A DNA stretch of 64,000 nt from the NCBI GenBank assembly GCA_051294375.1, contig CM119268.1, forward strand, positions 9,866,370-9,930,369. The letters are read 5' to 3'. Below, piece by piece: positions 12,341 through 26,191 of the stretch. Position 1 is the stretch's first letter. Each line of letters begins with the position of its first letter. A model generated the notes under the pieces. It worked only from the letters and a program-made list of their open reading frames with translations. It did no database searches and had not been told where the DNA came from. The position numbers were made by a program, and so were the translations under genes. This DNA comes from Paraspadella gotoi. Taxonomy: Eukaryota > Animalia > Chaetognatha.

Positions 12341-15300
12341 AAAAATGAATGAGAGAATGAAAGAAAGAAAGAAAGAAAGAATGAAATAAAGAAAGAAAGA
12401 AAGAAAGAAAGAAAGAATGAAAGAAAGAATAGTCAAAAAAGCCAGATAACAAAGGTGAGCTCGTGATAAGACTGTAAGAGACGAACAAGCATGACTCAGC
12501 AAAAAGTTTCTCTGTACTTACGTCAACATTGAGAAATGAACTTCCCCGTGTGAGATTATTCGTATTCACGGGGTGATTGCCTAATTCGTATTGCCTAAAC
12601 CTGCCCTCGTTTTTACTTTAAAAAACCGCCGGTATTTTCTCAAAACGTCAGCAAAATCTCTTCTAGCATTTTTTCCTTAAAAATTCTTGCCAACTTAAAA
12701 TTCTTTCCAACGACCACGAGGCAAATCGTACTTACCTCATTTTTACTTTAAACAATTTTCAATCTCCGTCCAAAAAAAAAAAAAAAAAACATTTTAAAAA
12801 CAGAAACAAAAAAAAATGAGTCCGTCCATTTTTTGCCTCCGTCTTTTCCTCAACCTGCTCGTCATATTCCTCCTTCCCCTTTCCGCGTTCGCCTCCTCCA
12901 AAGAGTTCGCCGTCCCCGGTCCCTTCAACATCTCCGTCACTCTCGCCTCCGGCTCCGAATCGACCCTCCGCGCTTGGGTCCGCGCCGGCGGCAAAACGCG
13001 CATCAACGTCGACATGCGTTTCTCGGCGGAACTGGGTCTCCCGCCAGAAGCGGCCGCTTGCAACGCGACCGAGGACGCCCACGGCGCCGGCCGCGCCATC
13101 GGTCCCGACGCACGCGCCTTGCAGCTCATCGTGGATTGGTGCCGCTGGGAATGGAACCTCCTGGACAAGAGCGGCGTCTGGGATCCGGACTTTCGGTTCC
13201 TCACCTATTCGCTCGGAATCGTCGCTCTCGCCGAACAGGACATCAACGTCGTCGTCGCTTTCAACGCTTCCGCCTCAGACGCCGCCAAAAAATATTTCCG
13301 CCGCTGTCTCGACGACGCCCGGAAGTTGCAGGAGGTGGCTCGCGCGGTCAAGTGGACCGTGGACGGGATCGTTCGCCGCGAGGCAAAGCGGTTGGAGGGA
13401 GGCGACGGAGATCCGGACGACGTGCCCTCCAGAGACGGCGGCCGCCAATGTCGAGTGCCCTATCAGTCGGCGAGTAGCTTCGGCCAGGGGCTCGACGAGG
13501 AGAGCCGGTTGTGCTTCAAAGCGATTCGACCGGCGAAGGAATTGATCGTCGATTATCTGAAGACAAAGATCAACCAATCGATCGTCGAGGACGATTACGC
13601 GTTGACCAGCGTTTGTCTGACGGGAAAGAAATTCCTTGGAGTCGCCAAAGCTGGCGACGCGGTCGAGCAAAGGTTAACCGAGGCTTTTGCCACCTCAGTT
13701 GACGTGTTCAGGTATAAATGCTTAGTAAAAGAAATGACGCAGCAATTAAAATTTATTAGTAAATAAAACTAAATATTTAATTAATTCGTACTAATTAGAC
13801 TAAATTTGAGTCAGTTCCTGATTTAAGAAAAACAATTTTGCTATGGCAACAGCCGGGTTGCCTGTTATGCCCATTGCGATGGGGCGTCTCACTGTTGGCT
13901 TTGGGGGGCTTCCGACCCTCAGTGACGTCTCCTGTCACTGGCGCGGTTACCCTCGACGTGTCCGCTTTGCCAACGCAGAGGGAAAGTCGTTAGGATTGTG
14001 GATGGAACGACGACGGCCTGGGATGGTGCGTTCCCCCTCTGAGCCAATGGAGACTGGCTGAACGATGGTCTATGTGAGGCAGTGTGAATTTACTGCCACA
14101 AGATCCCCGGGCCAAGACATTACTCAGGTTCTCCAGGCCTGAGAGGTGTCTGTGAAGACTCCTCCCATAGTGGGAGAGAGACAGAGAGCGCGAGTAGTGG
14201 GGGCATAGGCGTTTGTCGTAGCGTACCCAAAGTTGGCAGGGTATAGGCGTTTGTCGTAGCTTACCCTGAGAAGGTTGCGTGTTTGATAGTAAGGCTCACC
14301 ACTTATGGCAACAGCCGGGTTGCCTGTGATGCCCATTGGGATGGGGCATCTCACTTTTGGCTTCTCAGTGACGCCTCCAGACACTGGTGCGGTTACCCTA
14401 GGATGGTCTCGCTTTGCCAACGCAGAGGAAAGTCGTTAGGACTGTGGATGGAACGCAATGCTTGGAATGGTGCGTTTCCCCTCTGAGCCAATGGGATTGT
14501 AGATGCGAATATACTGCAACAGTGCTCAATTTAGAAGAATTTAAATTAATTATTTGGAAATTTGGAAATCAAAGTTAAATTTATTTCCCCTCCTCAGAAT
14601 CTTGTTCTACGTATTCTCCTTCATCTTCCTTCCTCTCATCATCTTCCGAATTTATCCGAGCAGCGACGAGGTTCGCAGCTTTACCGAATCTTCGGAGGCG
14701 CGACCCGAGGAGCTCCGCCGCGCCTCCGCCGTCGACGTCCTGCGACCCCCCGGCGGCTCGGCGTCGAGCGGTCCGTCGTCGAATCAGGAGTCGAGCGTTG
14801 CCTCCAACCGTGCCTCGGCGGCGTCCAACTCGGGGGACTTCTCATCTGTTGCATTTCGTGGCGGCGGCCGTCGCGACGAAACAATTGAGATGCGGAATCT
14901 GGCGGGGAAGGATATCACCGGCGAAGAAATCGAGGTCGACGACGCTGAGACGTCTCCTCTTCGCGGCGTTCCGAACGGCGTCGTCAAGAGCCAAGTTCCC
15001 CCTCCCGTCGAAGACGACCTCGATGTTTCACCGGGATTCGGTTGCGAAAAATGTTGTTTCGCTCCCANNNNNNNNNNTTATAACTCTATCGCTAAATTTT
15101 TAACTTACTTTTCCTTAATCGACGAAAGCGCCGCCTCAGACGAAACCGCCGACTCAGCTAACGCGGATGACCTCGCCTGCGTTGCCATGGACGACCGGAC
15201 GCCACCAATCAGTCCCTTCGCTATCCTCACCATCAAAATCTCTTGCGGAACGAAGGACTGCGGCAAAATCTTCGCCGCCACTTTAACCCTTGTTCGCCGC

Positions 15301-17156
15301 CTCGTCCTAGTCATGTTCGTCTCCATACACGCCTGTCTCGTCATGGCCTACTGCGACCAACGATTCCACGCCCACCTTGTCGAGCCGCTGATGGCGCTCC
15401 ATTTGCATTACGGCGTAAATGTGCCGGATCTCAAGTTTTGGAACTACTTTGCGCACAACACGTGGAACTGGACCTATTCTTCAGTTATTCTCTATTGGTT
15501 TTTCAACGTGCTCTTTCTCTCTTTTCCCAAAGTCACCCGAGCGTGCGTAGAGTCGTTATACTTTTCGCCCAGCTTTGGCTGCTACCAAATTCCCCACGTT
15601 CCGGAGCATTTGAGGGGTTTGGACGGCCTTAATGGCGTCTGTCGTGGAATGATAACCCGTCTTGGGATGCCTTACTCGATGGCGTTTTGGCGCAGCATCT
15701 GGCCGCAGATTCAAGAGGATTTGAAGGAAAAGAGATGGTGGAGGATCCTCTCCTTGATCTGGGGATACCTCACCACCTTCCCCGTCGTCTCCCTGTTGCC
15801 ATTACACGCGTTCACACCATGCCTCTGTGGCTCCGACCTTTGCTATTTTATCAAAATTATCCTCTTCATTTTTAAAAACGTTTGGGCTTTGTCTCTTTAC
15901 GGCATCTCTGGCTATTTCGCCTACGAGACACTGACCATCTATTTACATTTCGTCCTTTTCACTCTGACCGCCATCGTCTGCCACTACCAGCTGACGGTGA
16001 ACGTGATCGGTCTCGTGGCCGGCTGCGTCACCTTCGCCTGGAATCTCCACTCGAGGTCTCGCGACAAACACCTCTCGCTCAAACGGTCCGTCCTCGAAGC
16101 CGTCGAGAAGTTCGACGAGAAGAAGAACAAGCATCCCAACGCCAACAAGCTCTACGCCCACGATCCTCAGGAACTCCTCTATTGCAGGGTGCCAGTTCTG
16201 GTGTGGTACGGGCCCCGAGGCATTCCTTACGTGCCCAAGCCGCTGTGGAAGAAGATAGTAAACGAGTTGTGCCCCGTCGGCCTCGAACGCCTTTTCTACG
16301 GCCTAAAGATGTTCGGCATGTGCGTTCTCGTCGCCTTTGTTTACATGGTGATGCGCACGCTGCGCGTCGGCGACGATGAGGAGCAGGTCTTCAGCGTAGC
16401 GCAGACATTCGTCACGGTCGTCGTCGTCGTCGTCCCTTCGATGCTGGCGAGTCTCGTCTCGAGCGTCGAGAGCGACTTCGACGCCCTCCAGCGGAGATAC
16501 AAACTCGACGCGATGATCGAAGATTTTCTTCAAAGCAACACAAATTATTACAACTACGACAGCGGGGAAAGGAAAGAGCATAACTGACCTTGCCTGAAGT
16601 GTGCTTCTATCTAAATGTGCAAACAGTTATTGGTTAGTTTGATTTATACGTTATTTATCATCTATCTAAATAACTAAGCAAACTTATTAATTTGGTTTAA
16701 CTGTGATAATCGCGAGAGAGAGTGAGTATTGTTTTAGTCACCGTTTTTACCTGTTGTTTTACTGTTTTTAATTGTAAATTAAAAATTACTTGTAAATTAT
16801 TCCTTTTAAATATATTCCTTTGAATTTTTATCTCAAATTTTTTTTAAAAAAATCTTACGAGTCTAGTAGCTAGTAGGAAAGACTAGGAGTAATTCAATTT
16901 TGAAAATTACATAGAGTTTTATTATTAAATATTCGTAAAGCTATCAAGATAATGCTTCTAATTACCTAGATACAGAACGAGCTGTGAAATCTGAAAAATA
17001 AAAATTGGGGAAAAAAATTAACCGAAATTAGGTGACTTCTTCAAACTCTTCAAATCAAAGACCCTGAATACTTAGAAATATTACGTTGACTCGAACTCTC
17101 CGGGCTTGAAAAAAAGAAAGAGAAAGAAAGAGAAAGAAAGAAAGAAAGAAAGAAAG

Positions 17157-17187
<31 letters not shown>

Positions 17188-18004
17188 GAAAGAAAAAAGA
17201 AAGAGCCAACGAAGCGTCGTAATGCAATTGTCTTCGTCATCAGACCCATCCTTCGAGTCGTGGACCATCTTGTCATAATGTCATCTTGTCATCATAATGT
17301 CATCTTGTCATAATGCAATTGTCTTCGTCATCAGACCCATCCTTCGAGTCGTGGACCATCTTCTCGTCATGGGCGTCCTCGAGGACGCGGAGATCTCTAT
17401 GGTTCTCTCGCTCATCGATCCCACAAGATTCCCAGGTCTGATCGAGTTGCGACACGAGATCAACTCCTTGCAGAAGCCCATTTATGCATTAACTAAGTCT
17501 CGAGACTAAAATTATCGTCCTCGTCTCAGGATCGAATCTGAGCGGCGGGCTCATTCACCTGATGTTGGACGAGGAGGTAAAACTTCAGCTGTGTCAAGTG
17601 TTGCAGCATCTGAGCGACATCAAACTGAGGACGAGGATCGAATCCATCGTTTCCTTCGCCAACGGATTCATCGCCGACGCTCAAGGGGTCAGATTGACTT
17701 ATTTTTTTTTATTATTAGACTACATTGATTATTAATGTATCAACGGAAGGCTTCATATTAGAAAATGCTCTTTCGTTTTTTCGAACCGAGAATTGGTTCC
17801 GATCGAACTACAAGAACGACATTGATGAAATTTTGCATGAACTAACTATAGGGCAATAGAAATGGGACTATCGAGGGGATTTTTGTATTTGGTCTATGAC
17901 CGGAGATATGGGCCCCTAAGGGGTCAGCCCAGGTGGGCAAAAAATGGGAAAAATCTTTTTTTGAAATTTTGTTAATTTTTTTATCCCGAACAGTTCAAGA
18001 GACG

Positions 18005-18044
<40 letters not shown>

Positions 18045-21000
18045 TATTTATTTATTATTGTGAAAAACCAATTTTTGCTTTATTTCCAGGTTCATGAACA
18101 GAGAAGATTCATGCCAGCTTTCGTTAGGGGAGCAAAAATTAGATCTAAATTGATGGACTAACAATGTTCAAAAGAAGAAGAATCAATTTAATTTTTTGAA
18201 AATTCGTTAAAAATGTTTTTTCAACGAAGTTAATTAAAATTATCCCACAAAATTTTGTCATTTTGTGCCCCACTGAGGTGACCCACCATGGCCCTGTATC
18301 ATAGCTCAGGGGTAAAAATTTGAAAATCGCCTCGATAGTCCCATTTGTACGGCCATTGGGACACTGTACGCAAAATCGTATCAAATTTGGTTCAGTGATT
18401 TGGTCAGAACCGATTCTCGGTTCGAAAAACCGAAAGTTCTTTTTCTAATATGAAGCCTTCTGTAGTAATATATTGGTTTCTATAATCTTCAACAGGCAAT
18501 GCTAAAATATTTAACTTTACCGAACTGTTTTCAGGAGCAACTTCAGCGGTATTTGGACATGAAACAGGCGATTCTACCTCCGGCGGTCATCGCCAGGAAG
18601 ACTCGCGAATTCCGTTGTCCTCCGACGGATCAGGTGCGTCTCCGCCGCGATTCTCGTCGTCGTCGTTGTTGTGACTTTCCAATGGTAGAAAAAAAAAAAA
18701 ACTCTAGTTGTTTCTCAGTAGTGGTACAGTAGTTTTGAATTGTACAATAGTCGCGTTTATTTTCAATGCCTTTTAACTCGGCGCTCTGCAACCGAACAGA
18801 TGAATTCTTTGCTTTCGTTTAACGAAGAGCAACCGCGATCCGATCCAGTGAGTAGTGAATAGTGTTCACTGCTCAGTGAACTAATTGCATAGATAATTAC
18901 AATTGCATGGAACTCCGTGAGATCATTGAATTAACGGAATGAACCAGGGGTTTGCTCTCACCTGCATGGGTCCCTGGGGGGTGTGATTATGTGACAAAAA
19001 TACATATTTCCAATAGCAGTTAATTCAGAAATGACAATTATTAATATTACGATCTAATCTGTAAATAATGATATATTATAAAATATGATAAGATCTTTTC
19101 CATAACGTCGATATAATTCATAAAAAAAGACATAATGTATTTTACCGACTTGTTTAGCATGCTCATAAACAATAATAAGAATTAAAGAAGCGGAAAAAAA
19201 AACAATAAAATTTATGAACAATCAAAAAAATTTTACTGTTTTACGAAACTATCTCATATAACATGTCATTATGTTAAGGACTTAGGAATAAAGAATAATT
19301 TAGGTATATTTTATTTTACCAATCGTTTTGCTAAATGTTTCAAGGGCTACATGAAACATGAACAACAGACATATAATCTGCCGCCGAAAGAGCAACGAAC
19401 CTTCTCGCTTTATCTCGGCATCTCTATTGATGATTATGATTATGTTAAAATATTAATATTATAATTTCTATTTCGCAGATGAAATCTCTGATAAACTTCC
19501 GCGAAGAGGACGACCCACTGTGCCCCTGCAGCCCTGCTCTCCAAGAGCAGCTCCTCGGATTTCACAAGGTGAAACGTCTATCACCAATGAGTCTAGACAC
19601 GATATTCAAATCCAAATTTTAAACTTCTTTTCTTGGGGCTAGGAGTTGCTGTGGAATTGCGGCGTGGTGAAGGAAGAGGAAGAGGAGGAGGCGGAGGAGT
19701 CGCCCAAGTCTCTGAAGGAGCACCTCCTTAGCATCGTGTCGTCGCCGTGCAGCCGCGGCGCTGACGACGCCGTCGTCGAGGCTGGAGAAATAGCGGCCCC
19801 AGAGGGTAGGAATTTATATAATTAATGGATCAATAATTCAATAGATCGATGAATAAATTAATTTATCAATTCTAACTATTAAAAAAGTTTCGAATGAAGC
19901 AATCAATCAAACCCCTCCGCTCCACCCAGACCCCTTCCGAGAGTTGATCAACACCACGGTCGTGAAGTGGGCGACCGATCACCAGATCCACGACCCTCAT
20001 CTCGTCCGCGAGATGTTCTCCCTTCTCTTCCGCCAGTACGACGCGCTGGGCGAAGTCTCCGCCGCCATGGAGAAGGCCTACGTGATCGGGTCAGCTTCGC
20101 AGGCCGACGTTAACGGACTTCTCAAGGCGTTGGGGCAGATCAGGGCGCTGCTCTCCGTGCAAATGTCCTGGGACGAGGAGATGCTCATGAGGACGAGACT
20201 CAAGTATGATTTTTATTATTCTTTTAATTTTAGTCAAGAAATATCAACCTTTTATCACTGCAATATTACGTAAGACCTTTTCCGTCGACAGCGAACTCAT
20301 GGACAACAAGGTGTTCTACCAACATCCGGACCTCATGCGAGTCCTTAGCATCCACGAAACTGTCATGGCGGTCATGGTCAACACGTTATCCAAATCTTCA
20401 GTGACAGCAGGGGGCGACAACGAGGGCGACGACGCGGGGCCAGCAGTGGTAGGAACTACTAACTCCCGATTAAGCTCATTATCGTAGTCAAATGATAATT
20501 GAAAAGATAGTTGAACGCATAGTCATATTGTAGCAAAATGTTACATGAATTTCGGAGATTATTGGCTTTACGACGAGTGAAAATTATTAAAAAGCCAAAA
20601 TGAACCGATTTTCATATAAAAAGGAAATTATGAAACGTTTCATTATTACTGCAATATGCAAATGACATTACAATTTCATTGAGGTAGTAAACCTTATGTT
20701 GCTAAATGTGCCCAGGACGTGGCCAAGTCTGATTCGACCGAGATGGTGACGGCTTGCTGTCGATTCCTCTGCTATTTCTGTCGGACGTCGAGGGCCAATC
20801 AACGTGCCATGTTCGAGCATCTCTCGTATCTGCTTGACAACAGCGCCATGTTGCTGTCGCAACCGTCGCTAAGGGGATCCGGTTAGTTAACGGACGATTT
20901 ACCACCGAGGCGATTTTAATTCCTCGACTTCTTTTAAAACCCCAGCCCCCTTGGACGTCGCGTACTCTTCCCTGATGGACAACAACATGCTGGCGTTGGC

Positions 21001-24000
21001 TCTGAGGGAGGGTCACTTGGAGAAGGTCACCATCTACCTCTCCAAATGCGGACTCAACTCCAACCAGGTGAAACCCGAATCCGGTCACTTTTTACGCATT
21101 TTAATTCGTTTTAATTCGTTAATTTTAGCTCGTCTACTTTTAAAAAGTTTTTTCTTCAATGTTTCTCATTTCGTGGTTCCAGGACCTAATCTCCAAGGGT
21201 TACCCCGACATCGGCTGGGATCCCGTCGACGGAGAACGATACTTGGATTTTCTGAGGTTCTGCGTCTGGGTCAACGGTGAGAATCCCATCTGATAATCGC
21301 TGTAATCGAAAATCTTTCTGGAGTGTAATTGGAAAACCGTCGGCGATTACTCAATTATTTTATCTTGAAATATAAATATAAATAAATGAATTTAAAAAAA
21401 ACATGTGTGCTACAATTCGCCCGCCAGACCTGGACCTGATCTCTTCAATATGATTTGCATATTTAAGTAATTCATGTGATTTGGAAAATATTTTACAACT
21501 GTTAATGCTGAAGAAGGCTTGTACCTAAGCCGAAACATGTCCATTATAACAAAATAAATCGTTGTTGATACTAATTTCAAACTCTTCTAATTATCTCTAC
21601 ACAACGAAAAGAGAGGATTACATCACAATGGAAAATATATAATAATTGCTCTCTTTGGCGATTGTAAATAACCTTTTGCGATCGTTAATTGGTTAGAAGC
21701 ACAAGGGTACGTAAATGTTTACTCAATCTCATCTCTTACTCCCTTCCAGGCGAATCGATCGAGGAAAACGCGAATCTGGTCATCCGCCTTCTCATCCGTC
21801 GGCCCGAATGCCTCGGCCCGGCGTTGGCGGGCGAGGGCGGGGGCCTGTTGAAGGCTATGAAGGGCGGGATCAAGATCAGCCAGAGCATTCGCGTCGCCAA
21901 AGACCCGAGTCAGGCCAAGCTCTTCGAAGCGCTCAACGAGGGCACGCCTCTCGACGACGTCGTCATCCCGTGAGTGGAGTGTCGGGCTTTGACGCCGAAG
22001 CGAGGAATTGGAAATTAAAAAGGCTCGGGTATCCAGTATGTATTTAAATCCTGCGTTCTTCCATTTTTACAATAGGAGATATAACTACAGCGCTTTGCCG
22101 GAAGAAGACGATGATTACATTGATATGGGTGAGTAAAAAATTGATGATTCAATAGATTAATTATTAGAAATAATGTAAGTTCAACTTTTTATTTATCAGT
22201 TAATTTTAAAAAAATTGTCCCCCTTATCTGACTATTAGTAATTATATCGAGAATAACGGCAGGCTAGGCAAAATGGTATTCGTAATTTTATACAAGTTGA
22301 AATCAACGTTCTCTCTTGTACGACAGGCGACGCCGTGCTGACTTTCTACTCGGTCCTGGTCGACCTCCTGGGTCGATGCGCCCCTTCCGAGGAGGCCATC
22401 AAGATGGGGAAGAGCGACTCTCTCCGCGCGCGCGCCATCTTAAGATCGCTCGTCTCCACCGTCGATCTCGAGGGGGCATTGTCGCTTAGGTTCATCCTGC
22501 CCTCTGTCGGCAATGAAGGTGTGGTTTTTTGTTTGTCGTAACACTTCGCGTTTAACTTTTTTCATTTGTTTTTAACCTTTATTTATTTTGTTTACGTATC
22601 AACATCGTATTTATCTCTTTCCGATTTATTTATTTCATCTACATTCTCTAGATGGATCCAGCGACATGCCCCCCGGTCTACTTCCGACGCACAAGGCTGC
22701 TCTGGTGTTGTTTATGGATCGCGTGTACGGGGTGCCCGATCAAGAGACTTTTATGAGAATCCTGGAGAACGCCTTCCTGCCCGACATGAGAACGGCCACC
22801 ACGCTGGACTCGGTGAGGAGTGAGAACTATTTAATCTCGCGATGTGAAAATCACGTTGTCAATTTTTGAAAAGTTTTCCTTTGTAATCAATTTTCTCTCT
22901 CACGAAGGTTTGAAATTTTAATAATTCAAAGGAAACAAAACTGAACCGAAAATTTCCCACTTTGTTATAGATTCGGTTAATGATGAATTGAAAGCTTATC
23001 CATCAACTAGTAACGATTTTAATGTCGTTGAATAATGAATATAAACGTAAAGACGTGACCGACGTTTATAACTCAACGTACGTGCCGTAAAAACAACTAT
23101 TTCTCTTTTGCTTTTTAAAAAAACAAAAACAAAAACAAAAAAAAAAACAAAAGGCGAGATTGGTAAGAGACGACGCCAAACGGAAGAGGAATTCGATCCT
23201 CGCGTCCAAAAATATATCGATTTTCGGTAGATTAGAACGAAATAATTTTAAAACAAAAGGGAATCGCCTCATCTTCGCGAAATTGACAAACGTTTCCAGT
23301 TTAAATAATGAAGTCCGCATCAATGAATGCAGTGAATATGTTGGTTTTTTTTCTCCCTGCATTGAATTGAACAAAATGATTATATTAAATTTCACGCGGC
23401 ATTCATTGTTTCAAAGTTTAAAATAAAATCAGTTTCAATTTCTCGAATCGTTGATACTAATTATTTTTTTGATCCTGAATTAGAATTTAACTAGAAGTTT
23501 TATTTATTTTTTAATACGCGCTGACAATCTCAATTCTAACTTGTGCGAATGAAAGAAAAGAATCAATAATTATATGACGGTTTTTTGAGCAACGAAGTTT
23601 TTTATCTTAATCGTGTCTAAGTTGGACATTTAATCTCCACCCTACATCCCTGCCCGATTAGGCGTCGGAAAAGACCGAGAGCGACATGGCTTTGGCGCTC
23701 AACCGTTACCTTGGCAACGCGGTTCTTCCGCTGCTCATCAAGTATTCCTACTTTTTCAAAGGCAAGTGATTAAGGTTTTAAATACGTCACTGAAGCCACC
23801 ACGACACGACATTAGACGGCGACCCAATACCAAATCTAAAGAACAATAGCGACCAATTGTAATAATTATGTTCAGATTCGGACAGTCACAACTCTTTGGT
23901 GGAAACGACACTGCACACGGCTTATAGACTCTCCAAGTGCAGGAGTCTGACGAAGGGACAGCGTGAGATCGCCGCCAACTTTCTGCTCGCCTTGACTGAG

Positions 24001-25203
24001 TCAGTTTTTTTAAGAAAAAATTGTCATTTTTAAAAAGAATTCTTTTAATTTTAAATGTTAATACCAAAGTTTATTATCACCATTAGTTGACTGTTTTCCC
24101 AGTAAATTTAATGTTTATACGTATATATAAATATTGCATAAAGTACAAATATTTATTTAATAACATTTTTTCAGCGAACTGAAGGCGCCGATGATGACGT
24201 CGCTCCTCCGCAAGCTCGTCCACGATATCCCCGCCCTCTCCGAACACACAGTCGTCCCCTTAAAGGTCAGTACAGTCGAGTTTTTCTCGAATTTTTTTTT
24301 TTCGAGAGCGATCCCAATGCTTCCCTTAAAACTCTCTCTACCTTCGCTGTCGAATCGGAAAGGCGGTAAGACGTCGGATTAGTTAAACCAGTACACGTGT
24401 ACTATTAGTTACCTTCGTATCGTTTCGCTATTACATAGTGCTTTATAGTGTATTATAGTATTCGAATACATTTATGTAAAACATCATAAAACTTCGCTTT
24501 TCATCCGTTTTTTTTTTTTTTTTTTCAGTTCGCTCATTCCGTGGCCCTTCGTTCATTCGTTTTCCAAATCGCCGCTATTTTGTTTCTTTTCTTTCACTCC
24601 GTCGTTTTCGGTTCGTTTCCGCTAGGTGCTGACTCTTCACTACGAGCGACACAGCAAATACTACGGGAGCGAAAAGGGACAATTTGCCACGGCGACGGAA
24701 GAAGAAAAGAGGCTAACGATGCAACTCTTCACTGGGATATTTGATTCTCTCGCTCAACGGGTGAGAGATGCGATTACCAGAACTAACTAATACAAAAAAT
24801 TAACTCTTATTACTGAATATACGTTTTATTGTAGTTGTTTATTGTAGTCCTTTCTCATATAAATTTTAAATTACTGTTTGAAAAAAACTAATCCTATTTT
24901 TACCATCGTCATTTTGTACATTATTATAAAATTGGTGCAACCAATATAAAAATTAACTAATATCTAATAACTAATTTTCTAATTCTCCCCCTCCCCTCAA
25001 ACAGGCCTACGATCCCGATCTCTTTGGCAACGCCTTGCCCTGCCTCATCGCAATCGGCTGTGCCCTCCCGCCCGATTACGCCCTCACCCGCTCCGACGAG
25101 ACCATCGCTGCTATGACGGCTCAGCCCTCTGACGGCGTCTATCAGCCCAAACCGATCGACACGAGGGGGTCAGTCTTTCTCTGTCTTTTCCCCTGTCTTT
25201 TTA

Positions 25204-25297
<94 letters not shown>

Positions 25298-26147
25298 TCC
25301 ATCAAAATCATTCATGATGGTAATTACCAGATGCCCTGCAGAAAAGAAAATGCAGTAAATCTCACTTTGATGGGGCATAAAATCCCACAAGTACATGAAC
25401 TCAAATTTTTGGGCTGCACCATAGATGATAGTCTTCTCTGGTCAAGTCATATAAATAAATTATTAAATAAAAGTCAACATAAAATATATGCCATAAATAA
25501 ACTTGCAAAATTTTGTAATGGCAATAACAATATTGAAGTAATGCGCCTTTTTGACAGCTTAATAGTCTCTAACCTGCTTATTCAGCACCTGCATACCTTG
25601 CCATGAGCGGGGTCCACTGGGAAAAAATTGACCGAATGTTCATGAAAGCCATCAAAAAGTTCATTAAAGTTCCCCAACAAACTGAAAATCAAGCAGTACT
25701 TGATTGCGAATCGGACGGGATATGTTATCAGCGACCTTGAAAGAACGCGCAAAGAAGAGGATTTTTAACATTGTGAAGCACACAGAAGTTTTCGGAGAAT
25801 ATATTGCAAAAATAAGGGAAAGGGACCCACATCAACATCAATCTATTCTAGACTCAATTTTACGAGAAGACAATATTGATATTAGGGAATGCCTTATGTG
25901 TTATTTTAAGATAAGCATTGTTGCGTCGCACGCCACTAGGAATTACTTGAGAATCAAGTATTTGTGTGGTTTCTATTTTTTATTTCTTTTCCTGAATACT
26001 AATATTTTAGTAGATACACATTTTTTTTCTGTGTAGTTAAAAAAAAAAGTTGCTTTCTGTATTAGAAAACGAATCAATGAATGAACGGACCATCGTTACC
26101 TTATAGGTCCTTCTTGCAGAGGGTACCTAGGTCCATGTATAACCATA

Positions 26148-26191
<44 letters not shown>

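Noticed and set aside
12153-12569. F/S/L-rich or R/E-rich ORFs here and at 17050, 25142, 35332, 38104
   Set aside because: Translations of microsatellites.
14554-14597. N-terminus MEIWKSKL of the 677-aa ORF
   Set aside because: TTG start in intronic sequence; the real exon begins at the acceptor 14598.
12759-16581. Overlapping antisense and alternate-frame ORFs over the nested gene
   Set aside because: Shadow ORFs caused by high GC3 coding sequence.
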